DNA of 64,000 nt from the human T2T-CHM13v2.0 reference genome, Homo sapiens: assembly GCF_009914755.1 (NCBI RefSeq), contig NC_060925.1; one strand, written 5' to 3'. The notes beneath the pieces were generated by a model. That model saw only the letters and a list, made by a program, of their open reading frames with translations, did no database searches and had not been told where the DNA came from. Below, piece after piece: positions 1-13,544 of this stretch; the first letter of the stretch is position 1, and each line of letters opens with the position of its first letter. The position numbers and the translations under genes were made by a program.

Positions 1-3000
1 ATACATGGAAATTAAATAACCTGCTCTTGAATGAGTATTGGGCCAAAAACAAAATCAAGATGGAAATTAAAAATTATTTGAACTGAATGACAATAATGAC
101 ACAACCTATGAAAACCTCTGGGATACAGCTAAGGTGGTGCTAAGAGGAAAGTTCATAGCGCTAAATGCCTATATCCAGAAGTCTGAAAGAATACAAACAG
201 ACAACCTAAGGCCACACCTCAAATAACTCGAGAAACAAGAACAAAACAAACTCAAACCCAGCAGAAAAAAGGAAATAACCAAGATCAGAGCAGAGCTAAA
301 TGAAATTAAAATAAAAAAATACAAAAGATAAATGAAAAAAAAGCTGGTTATTTGAAAAGATAAATAAAATTGATAGACCATTAGCAAGATTAACCAAGAA
401 AAGAAGAAAGAAAATCCAAATAACCGCACTAAGAAACGAAACAGGAGACATTACATCTGACACCACTGAAATACAAAAGATCATTCAAGGCTACTATGAA
501 CACCTTTAAGCCCATAAACTAGAAAATCTAAAAGAGATGGATAAATTCCCGGAAAAACACAACCCTCCTTGCTTAAATCAGGAAGAATTAGATACCCTGA
601 ACAGACCAACAAAAAGCAGTGAGATTGAAATTGTAATTTAAAAATTACCAACAAAAAAAAGTCCAGGACCAGATGGATTCACAGCAGAATTCTACCAGAC
701 ATTCAAAGAAGAATTGGTACCAATCATTTTGACACTATTCCACAAGAGAGAGAAAGAAGGAACCCTCCCTAATTCATTCTATGAAGCCAGCATCACCCTA
801 ATACTAAAACCAGGAAAGGACACAATCAAAAAAGAAAACTACAGACAGATATCGTCGATGAACATAGATGCTAAAATCCTTAACAAAATACTAGCCAACC
901 AAATCCAACAACATATCAAGAAGATAATTCACCATGATCAAGTGGGTTTCATACAAGGGATGCAGAGATGGTTTAACATACACAAATCAATACATGTGAT
1001 ACACCACATAAACATAATTTTTTTAAAAAATCACATGATCATCTCAATAGATGCAGAAAAAACATTCAACAAAATCCAGCATCCTTTATGATTAAAACCC
1101 TCAGCAAAATCGACATACAAGGGACATACGTTAATGTAATAAAAGCCATCTATTACAAATCCACAGCCAACATAATACTGAATGGGGGAAACCTGAAAGC
1201 ATTCCCTCTAAGAATGGGAACAAGGCAAGGATGCTCACTCTCACCACTCCTCTTCAAAATAGTACTGGAAGTCCTAGCCAGAGCAACTACACGAGAGAAA
1301 GAAATAAAGGACATCCAAATCGGTAAAGAGGAAGTCAAACTGTCACTATTGGTGACGATATGATCGTTTACCTTGAAAACCCTAAGAATTCCTCCAAAAA
1401 CCTCCTAGAACTGATAAAAGAATTCAGCAATGTTTCTGGATATAAGATTAATGTACACAAATCAGTAGCTCTTCTATACCCCAACAGTGACCAAGCATAG
1501 AATAAAATCAAGAACTCAACTCCTTTTACAATAGCTGCAAAAAAAAAACAAAAAAAAAACAAAACAAACAAACAAACAAACAAAAAAAACTTAAGAATAT
1601 ACCAAACAAAGGAGTTGAAAGACTGCTGCAAGGGAAACTACAAAACACTGCTGAAAGAAATCATAGATGACACAAACAAATGGAAACGCATGCCATGCCC
1701 ATGAATGGGTAGAATCAATATTGTGAAAATGACCATACTGCCAAAAGCAATCTACAAATTCAATGCAATCCCCATCAAGATACCACCATCATTCTTCACA
1801 GAGTTAGAAAAATCAATTCAAAAATTCATATGGAACCAAAAAAAAAAAAAAAAAGAGCCTGCATAGCCAAAGCAAGACTAAGCAAAAAGAACAAATCTAG
1901 AGGCATCACACTGCCTGATTTCAAACTATACTATAAAGCCATAGTCACCAAAACAGTGTGGTACTGATATAAAAATGGGCACATAGACCAATGTAACAGA
2001 ATAGAGAACCCAGAAATAAACCCAAATACTTAGAGCCAACTGATCTTCAACAAAGCAAACAAAAAATAAAGTGGGGAAAGGACATCCTTTTCAATAAATG
2101 GTGCTGGGATAGTTGGCTAGCCGCGTGTGGGAGAACGAAACTGGATCCTCATCTCTCACCTTATACAAATATCAACTCAAGATGGATTGAAGACTTAAAC
2201 CTAAGACCTGAAACTATAAAAATTCTAGAAGATAACATTAGAAAAACCCTTCTAGACATTGTTTTAGGCAAGGATTTCGTGACCAAGAACCCAAAAGCAA
2301 ATGCAATAAAAACAAAGATAAACAGCTGGGACAAAACTAAAAGAGTTTTTGCATGGCAAAAAGGAACAGTTAGCAGAGTAAACAGACAACCCACAAAGTG
2401 GGAGAAAATCTTCACAATCTATACACCTGACAAAGGACTAATATCCAGAATCTACAACAAACTCAAAAAACAAACAATCCCATCAAAAAGTGGGCTAAGA
2501 ACATGAATAGAAAATTCTCAAAAAAAGACATGCAAATGGCCAACAAACATATGAAAAAATGCTCAACATCACTAATGATCAGGGAAATGCAAATCAAAAC
2601 CACAGTGTGATACCACCTTACTCCTGCAAGAATGGCCATAATCAAAAAATCAAAAAACAGTATATGTTGGTGTGGATGAGGTGATCAGGGAACATTTCTA
2701 CACTGCTGGTGGGAATGCAAACTAGAACAGCCACTATGGAAAACAGTGTGGAGATTCCTTAAAGAACTAAAAGTAGAACTACCATTTGATCCAGCAATTC
2801 CACTACTGCATATCTACCCAGAGGAAAAGAAGTCATTATTTGAAAAAGATACTTGCACACGCATGTTTATAGCAGCACAATTTATAATTGCAAAATTGTA
2901 GAACCAACCCAAATGCCCATGAATCAATGAATGGATGATGAAACTGTGGTATATATATACATGATGGAATACTACTCAGCTATAAAAAGGAATGAATTAA

Positions 3001-3335
3001 CAGCATTTACAGTGACCTGGATGAGACAGGAGACTATTATTTTAAGTGAAGTAACTCAGGAATGGAAAACCAAACACTGTATATTCTCACTGATATGTGG
3101 AAGCTAAGCTATGAGGAAGCAAAGGCATAAGAATGATATAATGGACTTTGGGGACTTGGGGGGAAGAGTGGGAGGGGGGAAAGTGATAAAAGACAACAAA
3201 TATGGTGCAGTGTATACAGCTCAGGTGATGGATGCACCAAAATCTCACAAAGCACCACTAAAGAATTTACTCATGTAACCAAATACCACCTGTACCCCAA
3301 TAAATTATGGAAAAATAAAACAATAAAAATTTCTA
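1..3335 (+). mobile_element. LINE-1, L1PB1-like: degraded ORF2 plus 3' UTR, continuing off the left edge
   Basis: ORF2p fragments in the ORF track (714-1091 ...[13 protein letters not shown]..., 1088-1363 ...[13 protein letters not shown]...). The 3' UTR gctaagctatgagg...aaaggcataagaatgatataatggactttgggg...accaaataccacctgtaccccaataa matches the recalled L1PB1 end and is followed by an A-rich tail. Many stops and frameshifts; A/AAAC runs at 1539-1590 and 1838-1853. Confidence 0.9.
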
Positions 3336-4085
3336 AAAAATTAAAGATAAAAAAAGAGATGATTTTTTTTTTTTTTTTTTAAAAAAGAATCCTTGGACAT
3401 TTCAGTTAAGGTAAAACAATTCCTGGGGTTTTCACATCTGAGTCATTGAGTTGTCAAAGCAAAAAGAGGCCTCCTCAGTAAACAATGTATTAATATTTAG
3501 GTAACTCTGTCTTTGAGAACCTAAAGTTTCCAAACTTCATGTATGTAAACTTACTGAGTGACACCAAGTCAGTGTAGTTTCCTTTATGTAGGTGACTAGT
3601 ATTTTCTTTAATATTGTAATTATCAGAAGAGACAAAAGGAATTGCTCTGTTAAATCTGTATCTAAAGATGGTGGTATGGAGGCATGGCTTTTTAACATAA
3701 TGGCTTAGTCTTGTTGATTCATTTTAGAAAAGAGATTGCCATAAAATATGTGGTAAATTGGAGATTCTCAATAACGACTACTTTAAATATTTTCTAAATA
3801 AGTATTCACACAACTCTTTTCCATTGAAGCTGTTAGTACCTGTTCATTAGTACCTGTATAAATGTTCTAACACAAGCAGCTGTACAACCAATGCTAAATG
3901 AAATAAAAATTGACACATTTCAGAGAAGTCTTGTGTTCTTCTCACCTATTTTTGAAGATTGAAGATTATTCTGTTTTCTTTTTATTATATCAAAAGAGGT
4001 ATATTTCCTTTCTTTTTTCTTTCTTTCCTTTTTTTTTTTTTTTTTTTTGCAGAGAAAACTCCAAGTATTTTTTGCAAGGAAAAGT

Positions 4086-4170
4086 TGATGATACTGATGA
4101 TGATGGTGATGGTGATGGTGGTACTGATTAGAGTGCTGATGGTAGTAGTCCTGGTGAGTGTTGGTGATCA
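4086..4170. repeat. Degenerate (GAT/GGT)n trinucleotide microsatellite
   Basis: tgatgatactgatgatgatggtgatggtgatggtggt...; it explains the poly-His and poly-Asp/Gly ORFs at 3910-4177. Confidence 0.8.
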
Positions 4171-4390
4171 TAGCTAATCATCACTGAGATACTACTGTAT
4201 TTCAAGTGCTGAGATAGGAGCTTAAACTGTGTTCTCACAACAAAACAAAATGCAAATTATTTGCTTTTTTTGCAGATTAACAAAATGAAGATGAAACACA
4301 GTAAATTACTTTTTCAAATTACTTGACTGGTAAGGCTAGGATCCACATCTTGGTCTATCTAACGCCAAAGCATTTATTCTTTACACTTTT
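4170..4390 (-). mobile_element. MIR SINE relic
   Basis: atagctaatcatcactgag...ttctcacaac...gcagat...gctaggatccacatcttggtctatctaacgccaaagc resembles the MIR reverse strand. Confidence 0.55.
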
Positions 4391-4559
4391 TCATCCTGTG
4401 CATCAATCTATTAGAGTTCTTGTATTTATGTTAGTCATACTCTTATGTTTAAAAGCAAATGAAGATAATTTCTAAGTCAAATGTGTGTGTATGTGTGTTT
4501 ACATTTCTAAGGATACTGAGACAATTGCTATACAAAATCTAAAGGAAATATGGCTTCAC

Positions 4560-4990
4560 AAATTGTAGTAGATGTCCCAACTGTATTCCTTGAGATCTCA
4601 CCATTGTAAGGAACTACTGGGCTTCCAACTGCCTGAAGGTACCATGACATCAGATCAGAAAGTGTTAAAATATATTCTACCCCCCACCCCATGCCCAGTA
4701 TCTCTCAACCAATGTTAGATTTAGTATGCAAATCCTTAGCTCCTTTGCCCCTGATCTGTGCTAACTCTTAGGCACTTGTCATATATGACCCCAGAGTTCC
4801 CACTTGAAATTGCCATTTACCTTGCCGTACTGGTAACTGGCTTGAAAATATACTCTTTATTTTGTGCCTTTTCTTTTCTGCCTCAGTTCTCCACTCTCCT
4901 AACAATGCTTCCTGGGATCTCCTGCCAAGTAAACCAGTACTTTTCAAACCCTAGCCTCAGGGTCTACTTCTAAAAGAACTCAAATTAATC
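4560..4990 (+). mobile_element. ERVL solo LTR, LTR16-family-like
   Basis: The 3' end cttcctgggatctcctgccaagtaaac...cctagcctcagggtctacttctaaaagaactcaaattaa resembles the recalled LTR16 terminus. Confidence 0.6.
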
Positions 4991-5483
4991 TTTCTCAAGT
5001 ATGTCCATGTTTTTATTCTGGCTTGAAAATTTTGGGTTACCTATTGAGATTGTACAGCAAAGAAAATATTTGAGCAGATTGCAGGCAGTATTATAACCAC
5101 CATGGTACTCCCCCTTCATTTTTAATGAAATAGAGTTTCAACTATGTTCACTGCATTCTCAATCCCTAGTTATTAGATCTGAGACAGTTTTGCCTTTAAA
5201 CTAAAGGTTATTCGGATTTTTGGTCCACGAACAGTGCAATGCTTGGAACTTCCTATATTTATCTGGTGCAAAGTCCTTTATGTGTGGTAAACAAGAGTCT
5301 AGGGCTCTATGGACTCTCACTTTTCATCATAGTTGTTATAGCACTCCTGACCTCAGCCTAGAATTGTGAGAATACAGGGCTGCTCCCAAACAAGTGAGGC
5401 TGAGTTATTTTGTTTACTTGACACTTTTGATAGAAGAGAGAGGTTTCATTCTAAAGGACTCATTCCTGTAGAAATTTGATTTA

Positions 5484-7834
5484 CAGACATACCCCAGATA
5501 TATTGTAAGTGCAGGTCCAGACCACCACAATAAAGTGAATATCACAATAAAGTGACTGACACAAAATTTTTGGTTTCCCAATGCATATAAAAGTTATTTT
5601 TACACCACGCTGTAGTCTACTAGGTATACAATGACATTACATATTAACAAATACATATCTTAATTTAAAAATCCTTTATTACTAAGAAATGCTAACAATC
5701 CTCTGAGCCTTCAGCTAATTATAATCTTTTTGCTGGTGGAGGGTCTTTCTTCAATGTTGATGGCTCCTGGGTAATCTGGGTGATAGATACTCAAGGTTGG
5801 GTGGTTGTGGCAATTTCTGAAAATAAGGCAACAGTGAAGCTTGTCACATTAATTGACCCTTCCTTTCATGAAGATTCTCTGTGCATGTGATACTTTTCAA
5901 TAGCATTTTATCAGCACTAAAACTTCTTTCAAAATTGGAGGCAATTTTCTCAAAACCTGCCACTGCTTTACCAACTGAGTTTATGTAATAGTCTAAATTC
6001 TTTGTTGTCACTTCAACAACATACACAGCATTTTCACCAGGAGCAGATTCCATCTCAAGAAACACTTTCATTGCTCATCCATAAGAAGTAACTTGTCATC
6101 CAGTCAAGTTTTATCATGAGATTGCAGCAATTCAGTCATTTCTTCCAGCTCCACTTCTAATTCTAGTTCTCTTGCTGTTTCCACCACAACTACAGTGACG
6201 TCCTCCACTAAGTCATTCATAGAGATTGAAATTAACTTCTTCCAAATTCTGGTTAATGTTGATATTTTGACCTCTGCCCATGAGTCTTAAATGTTCTTAA
6301 TGGCATCAAGAATCATAAATTTTTTTTCCAGAATATTTTCAATTGGCTTTGCCCAGGTACATTAGAGAAATCACTAACTATGACAGCTGTACCATTACAA
6401 AGTGTATTTCCTAAAGAATAAGATTTGAAATTCAAAATTACTCCTTGATCCATGGGCTACAGAATACATGTTGTGTCAGCAAGCATGAAAACAACATTCA
6501 TTTTATTGTACATCTCCATCAGAGCTTGTGGATGATGAGGTGCCTTACCTTTAAGAAGTAATATTTTTAAAGGAATTCTTTTTTCTGAGTAGTAGGTCTC
6601 AACAGTGGGCTTAAAATATTCAGTAAACCATCATGTAAACAGATCCAGGCTTTGCTGTTCCATCTATAGAGCACAGGAAGGTAGATTTGGCATAATAATA
6701 AGGACCCTAATATTTTTGGGATGGTAAATAAGCATTGGCTTCAACTTTAAGTCACCAGCTGCATTAGCTCCTAACAAGAGAATCAGCCTGTCCTTTGAAG
6801 GATTTGAAACCAGGCATTGACTCCTCTCTAACAATGAAAGTGCCAGATGGCATCATCTTCCAATAGAAGGCTATTTCATCTATATTGAAAATCAGTTGTT
6901 TAGTGTAGCCACCTCCATCAATATCTCAGCTAGATCTTCTGGATAACTTGCAGCTTCTATATCTGCACTTGCAGCTTTACCTTGTATTTTTAAGTAATGA
7001 AGATGACTTTTTTTTTCCTGAAAACTCATCAACCAACCTCTGCTTCTTTCAAACTTTTTCTTCTATAGCTTCCTCACTTCTCTCAGCCTTCATTGAAGAT
7101 TAAAGGCTTTCTCTAAATTAGACTTTGGCTTGAGGAAATGTTATGGATGGTTTGATCTTTCTAGACCACTAAAGCTTTTTTCCATATCGGCAGTAAGGTT
7201 ATTTTCTTACAATTTGTGAATACCCTGGAGTAGCACTTTTAATTTTCTTTTCTTCTGCATTCATAACTGGGCTAACAGTTTGGCTCAAGAGGCCTATCTT
7301 TCAGCCTTTCTGGGCTTTTGACATACCTTTCTCACTAAGCTTAATCATTTATATCTTTTGATTAAAAGTGAAAGACGTGTAACTACTCCTTTCATTTGAA
7401 CACTTAGAGACCATTGCATGGTTATTAATTGTCCCAATTTCAATATTGTTGCACCTCAGGAAATAAGGAAGCCTAAGAAGGAGAAGAGAGATAGGGAAAC
7501 AGCCAGTGGGTGGAGCTGTCAGAACACATACAACATTTATCACTTTAGTTCACTGTCTTATGTGAGCATGGTTTGTGGCACCCCAAAACAATCACAATAG
7601 GAACATCAAAAATCAGTGAAAACAGATTACCATAACGGATATAATAATAATGAAAAAGTGAAATATTGTGAGAGTTACCAAAATGTGACAAAGGGGCAGG
7701 AAGTAAGCACTTGCTTTTGGCAAAGTAATACTGATAGACTTGCTGGATACAGTTTCTGCATACCTTCAATTTGCAAAAATTGCAGTATCTATGAAGTGTA
7801 ATAAAGTGAAGTGCAATAAGGTGAGGTATGCCTG
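5484..7834 (-). mobile_element. Tigger1 DNA transposon (TcMar-Tigger/pogo), near full length
   Basis: Terminal inverted repeats cagacatacccc... and ...gaggtatgcctg, each flanked by TA (5482-5483, 7835-7836). Length 2351 bp. ORF 5844-6071 (FLEMESAPGENAV...NFERS...HERKGQLM) resembles the Tigger1/TIGD1 transposase C-terminus. The transposase is disrupted. Confidence 0.95.
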
Positions 7835-8789
7835 TACACAGTGTAGCACTTAGATGTAATTCTGAATGATTCTGGCTTACCTTCACTCACATTTCTTTAT
7901 TCCATAAAATTTTTAACTCATTTTATCATTTGTTTTATAAGATAGCTAATGGGATATTCATTAACTTATTTACAGTAGTGGACAATGGTTTGTTTATAGT
8001 AAGCTCATTTTTTGCTGCTGTATAATTAAACATTTTTTTCTGAATTTAACTTACCCTGAAGGCATTATTGGAGAAAATGCATCTACAGTATTTACATTTG
8101 TAACTCCTTTTTAAATTTACTAGCACAGGGAAATTTTATTCTTTTTAACACATCTTGGGTTTGGTTCTTTGTCTCTGGATCAAATAGAGATCACAATTAC
8201 TAGAACATTTAATGTCCCATATGAATTTCTCAGGCTCCTTACTCTCTGAGAATTCATCTGCACAATTTAACCACAGGAAGAAATAAACATTTCTTTGGAT
8301 TTATAAGAAGTAAAATATTCAAACCTCAACCGAAGAAACATTCATATCATCTGGGTATGTTCAAGAAAAAAAAATGTAAGCCAGACCATCCAACAACACA
8401 TTAAAAGAGATAGTCATTTCTCTCATCTTGGGGCTGGAAATTTCTTTTCCAACTGACGTTTCCAACATGTGAAATATAGCTGCCATCACATTAACCAGAT
8501 ATACAGCACTCTGAGCTGAAAGCATAAATTGTACACATCTTGCTCTCAGTAGCTGTGAAGAGGAAACATAGGTGCAAGGTCAACAAGAACCCCTCCTATA
8601 GAAGAAGTCTACAAATTGAGAGGGGATGGGAGATCCTGCTATTGCTGGGATGGTCCTGTTTTTTGTCAAGCTATGTCATGGGACCTAGAGGCTCAGGAAA
8701 TGAGCAGGAAGACTTTGTTCTGGATGAAAAGGACTACTTCATGTAGCCTTTGACATACTTTGAAAGGGAGGATGGAATAAGGGAGAAAC

Positions 8790-9005
8790 AGCATCACATT
8801 TAATGCCTGGCTTTACCATTTACCAGCTGCGCAACCATTTAAACACTTGAGCAACCATTTAAACACTTGACCCTTGGTTTTCTCAACTGTGCTGTAGAGG
8901 ATAATCATTACTTCTTTAACCTACCCCTACAGAGATTTTGTAGGGAATAGGTGACATGTTGTATGGGAAAGCACATTGTGTATTGTAAAACTGCATGCAG
9001 TAATT
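8790..9005 (+). mobile_element. MIR relic containing a perfect 20-bp tandem duplication
   Basis: ctggctttaccatttaccagctg...ttggttttctcaactgt...ggataat; gcaaccatttaaacacttga x2 at 8831-8870. Confidence 0.6.
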
Positions 9006-9029
9006 ATAACGATTTACTTTTATTGACCC

Positions 9030-9222
9030 TGTAGTGCATGCTAGATATTCTTCTCAGGGTTTCATATAGTACCTCATTAAATCCTCATGGCGAACTTTGG
9101 AAAAGGTACTATTATTATTTTCATTGTACATTTCAGTAACTTGAACAAGGTTACAGGACAAGTAGAATATGGCAGAGATGGAATTTGAACCCAAGCAATC
9201 AAATTCAAAAGACTATACTCTA
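9030..9222 (-). mobile_element. MIR relic
   Basis: ctcattaaatcctca...ggtactattattattttcatt...gtaacttgaacaaggttacag...ggcagagatggaatttgaacccaagc. Confidence 0.7.
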
Positions 9223-9224
9223 AA

Positions 9225-9455
9225 GCAATGGCACTCAGGGAGTGATCCATCAGTGCCTGTGCACAACAAGGTAAGTGCAGAAATTGAGCACAAGTGTTTG
9301 AAAACTTATGTAGCTTTTTGATATTGTCTCAATGTCAATATGTGATCATTTTTTATAGTAATCTGTGTTAATTGTCATTTATGAAATATTGGTCCCCAAT
9401 GGATTGAAAAGAATAAGAACTCATTTCATCACAGATGGTTCTAAAAGCATTGTTC
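9225..9455 (-). mobile_element. hAT-Charlie non-autonomous element (Charlie4z-like)
   Basis: gtaagtgcagaaattgag...gtttgaaaac and the terminal cacagatggttctaaaagcattg match the recalled Charlie4z reverse complement. Confidence 0.55.
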
Positions 9456-10754
9456 TGAAACACTACACTATAAGGTTGTAATTGCTTTTGTTATTGGAAT
9501 ATCGTAAGCAACTTGTAAGACAGACTTGCTAAGAGAATTAGAAGCTTTATAAATAACTATATCTAATTGAATATTCTTATGAATATTATAAAGATAAACA
9601 ATAATTTATTAAACTAATATCAGGTTTTTGAGATAAGTACTCCGGGTCTGGCCAGATTTCTCCACTTTCTTTCCCTCTTTTTCCTGCTCTGTACTTTAGA
9701 TACAGTACTACCAGAATAGTAGTTTTTCTACAAAACAAATATTCTATAATATATAAATAGTATTGGGGGAGCACAGGGGAGTTTGATCTCTAGGAGAAAG
9801 AGACTTGCACTGGCCACAATCGCAAATATCCCCCAAATAAAAAAGGGGGGAAATGAACAACTGTTATTAGAAATTTTGTATCTAATCAATTATGGAATAA
9901 ATGAAAAACATCTTTATTACACCTGAGATTTTATAGCAATGCTTAGAAATATATTGAAATTCCATTTTTCTCCATGAGACAGTCTCTAGGTCTGACTTGT
10001 TTAGAATAAATGTTTGATTCTTTTACTTTCACTGAAATCTTATATATCAAACTTATTTCATTTGCTCAAAGAATTGCCATTTTCTCTTCTGCATTTTTTT
10101 TCATTCAAATCCCACCTCAAAGGAAGAAATTCTGATAAAATAAGAAATTCCTAGAGATTATTTTAATATCTATTCTGGGTTACATACGAAACCCATTGTT
10201 CAAGGCTTGTGGAGCACTTACATAAAAACCAGTTTCAGTCAGAAATTGATCATAAGCATATGTTGTGCAAAGAATATAATATCCAATTTGGTGAGAAGAA
10301 CAAATGAACATATAAGCTTGAATTAAAAATAAATATAAAATTTAAAAAGTAAGTTACATTTGGAACTTTTGGTCCAAGAATAAATGTCTCCATGAAAGAT
10401 ATAGAAAGGAGGTTGATTTTTTTTTTGAAACATTGGGATTTATTTATCTTTCTCTTCTAAAGATATATAGTTTCTTTTTAGCACAACAGTCAAGACAGCA
10501 CCTTGGGCTCTCAGAGATGGTAAATTCTACTCTCAGTTGCTCCATTAACTCAATATATGACCTTGGAAGTTTCTCTAAATCCCTTGGTGCCTCAGTTTCC
10601 TTTTCTATCAAATACATATGTCTGAAATAACTAAATCACTTCACACTGCCTTTAAGGAAAAAATAAAACAGGAAAAGAGAAGAGAATAAAATATCTGAGA
10701 TCAAAGAAACTTGGCATCTAAATGCCACATATCAATTGAATTGTAACATGTATG

Positions 10755-10865
10755 AAACTTAAATGGGAGTAAATAACAGTAACAAAAATGAGTTGAATTT
10801 TAATATGTATTAAACTTAAATGGGAGTAAATAACAGTAACTTAAATGGGAGTAAGTAATGGTAAC
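10755..10865. repeat. Compound local tandem duplication (57-bp and 25-bp periods)
   Basis: aaacttaaatgggagtaaataacagtaac at 10755-10783 and 10812-10840; a third, diverged copy ttaaatgggagtaagtaatggtaac at 10841-10865. Confidence 0.9.
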
Positions 10866-11157
10866 TATTATAGATTATTGTAAAGTACTTAGCAGGGGGC
10901 TCTGGCACATAGTAAGCCTCAGTAAACTTTAGATTTTACTCTTGTTTTTATTATCATCATTCCTATTATGATAAAAATCAAGAATCAGGGTAGCAGAGTG
11001 TGAGTGTAGTGGGGAAGAGGATTTACTCTAGGAAGTAGAGCTCGTAGAACTGAAGGAGGAGCTAGAGGAGTTCAAGTTTGGAAAGGGAATTGGAGGATTG
11101 GAGAAAGGGTTGTCAATCAGTCAATCTATGAACCAAGGCCATCAATTCATCAAAACT

Positions 11158-11471
11158 AATATTGCCAGACCCAACAAATTAAAAAGTACAGGATGCTCAG
11201 TTCAATTAGAATTTTAAATAAATCCTTTTTTTTTTTTTTTTGGATGACTATGTCCCTGCAGTGGAGGACTATGTCTTTGAAGATAAAATGCCACGATTAA
11301 TTCTCTAACACATTCAGGATTGTCCTTACTAGGAGATAATAGATTATTACCAATATTTCACTGCTATAATTAACTCTTGCATTATTTGGGACATACTTAT
11401 ACAAAAATATTTATTGTTTATCTGAAATTACAATTTAAATAAATGTTTTATATTTTACCTGTTAATCTTAG
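11158..11471. mobile_element. MER53 palindromic hAT MITE, split by a ~120-bp insert
   Basis: Left arm ttgccaga...aaaaagtacaggatgctcagttcaattagaattt...tatgtccc. Right arm tttgggacatacttatac...ttgtttatctgaaatt...ttttacctgttaatctta. Confidence 0.75.
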
Positions 11472-11474
11472 ACT

Positions 11475-11850
11475 ATGAAAGGAAAGTTCTTAGGGATACT
11501 TATGGGAAGGTTATCTTCTCTGTCCTTGTCTCACCACTGTAGGTCCACAACCTGGCATTTAGTGGTAGGCCTGGAGCTGCTCTTGGTCAACAGTGTCAGA
11601 AGTTGGGAAGAAGAGCTGCATATCAAGCAGAAGAGAATGAGAAGAAACAGGAACCCACTTCTGCATCTGTCTATAGCAACATCTGACTATAACGACCTTC
11701 AAAAGATAATGGCTGTTGCTTCATTTCCAACCCTCCAAATCTCAAGCAAGTATATCTTTGGGCCAACTGTAACCTATAACTCTATAGGGAAGAGGTTTCT
11801 GAGAACTCTGTGTCACAGCTTAACCATACAAAGACAATACAAACCATCCC
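11475..11850. mobile_element. Ancient LTR relic (LTR78/79-like)
   Basis: gaccttcaaaagataatggctgttgcttcatttcc...cctccaaatctc...tatagggaagaggtttctgagaa...cagcttaacc resembles the recalled LTR78 end. Confidence 0.45.
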
Positions 11851-12239
11851 GATGATGATGATGGTTGGTAATAATGAAGAAAATAATATGAGTGTTTTCT
11901 CAAGGAAGGCTACTTCTTGATGGCAGTTCTGGGAGACATAAGAGAAGTTTTATTTTTACCCAAATGGTTGGTAAATAAATTACTGTGTGACATGACAGAG
12001 TTCAAGTTATATGATATAGTAGATTCACATTATGCCAAAAACTATAAGACTCCCAGACACAGCCCAGGAATTCATTTTGAGAGCTATCATAGGCTTCTGA
12101 ATGTGCTACCATCTATGCTCTTAATTTAAACCTTAATTTGCTGTGTGGACGACAGACTACTCTGAAAACAACCCCAAATGCTTCAGTGCAGGACTATGTG
12201 AGGTGGATAAAGTAACAAAATTACATATTCAACCCATTA

Positions 12240-13090
12240 TGGCCATCCTCTTGTATGGAAGATGTAGATTGTTACCAATATTTAACTCTTATAATTAACT
12301 TGAATAAATTTCCTTACAAAATAAATATGTACACTTGTAAATATTCCATTATAGTATCTTTCTTAGTGTAGATATCCTGGAGTAAAAGAAAAATATTTAC
12401 AAAACAAGGTAACAATTTTTAAAGCAAAATATCTATTATCAAATTGTTCTCCAGATAGGTATTACCAATTACACACCCACCAGCCCAGCAGTGTGAAAAT
12501 ATCACATCTCCCACACCCCCATCCACACCCACGTGGAAAATTATTATTAAAAATTAATTTTTACCAACTTGAGAGGGAAATGGTCCTATTTTAATTTTTT
12601 CAGGGGTGGATTCATATGTTTACTAGATATGTATATGTATCCTTCTATGAGATACTTGTTAGGTTATTTCCCATTTCTGTGTTGTGGCATTAATTTCTTT
12701 TTCTTGTTAATAATGCTCCCGAAGTTTTATGTCAGTCTTTTCATTTGTTTATAGTATTTTATGGCAAAGGATTTTCTTAATTAAGTGGTTGTAGTCAAAT
12801 CTGCTAGTTTTTATCTTTGTTTTCAGTTTGCAATGTCATGTATAGACATGCCTATCTACCACCGAAAGTATTTTAAAAAGCAATGTGTAGGTTTTCTACT
12901 TTTGAAGAATGTGCGTTTTCTACTTTTGAAGTATGTGCATTTTCTACCAAAGTCTTTAGTTTGTTTGATATGTGCAATGAAGAAAAATATCTAACAATAC
13001 CTTAACTTTTCTCGAATAATATTCCAATTATCCTTATATCCTTTGTGACTTAAACTTCCTATTCTGACTTAAAAAGACTTTTATCATAAG
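12240..13090 (-). mobile_element. Old L1M (L1ME-like) relic
   Basis: caaattgttctccag...taccaattacacacccaccagc...ttatttcccatt...gtagtcaaatct...: a degenerate L1 3' region. Confidence 0.55.
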
Positions 13091-13094
13091 TGCT

Positions 13095-13345
13095 CTACTT
13101 AATCATAGCCTTAGCACATAGTGTGAGTCCTAGAGTCAGACTACAAGGTAATTACTGTCACTTACAAGCTGTGTGACCTTAAGTGATTTAATTTAATCAT
13201 CCTGTGACTAAGTTTTCTAATCTGTAAAATTGGAATAATGTGAGGATAAAATTATCATAAGGATTAGCAAGCTGAATTAACACGTGTAACGCTCATAGAC
13301 GACTGCCTGGCACATAGTGAATACTCAGGAAATATTACTGGTTGT
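13095..13345 (+). mobile_element. MIR
   Basis: cacttacaagctgtgtgaccttaagt...gttttctaatctgtaaaattggaataat...gcctggcacatagtgaatactcag. Confidence 0.8.
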
Positions 13346-13544
13346 TGTGTAGCGAGGTGTATAATGAAACACTGGTACAATTTCAGATTTTGGGTTTTGA
13401 GGACCGGGCTTAGAGGGTCACCTTGGGGAGAATCTTGTAGAGTCCCACATCTACCCTCTGCCTCAATGAGATACGATCCTCCACTTTGATGAGATACTAC
13501 CACTTGGAGAACTTGCTACATGTCAATCCCTGCTATGGAGAAAG

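Noticed and set aside
3910-4177. ORFs with poly-His, poly-Lys and Asp/Gly runs
   Set aside because: They are translations of a T-run and a (GAT/GGT)n microsatellite.
10755-10865. Spaced 29-bp direct repeats as a CRISPR-like array
   Set aside because: Primate DNA, only 2-3 copies, irregular spacing, self-similar spacers and no cas genes.
11475-11855. 126-aa ATG-initiated ORF
   Set aside because: It falls within an LTR relic and has no recognisable domain.
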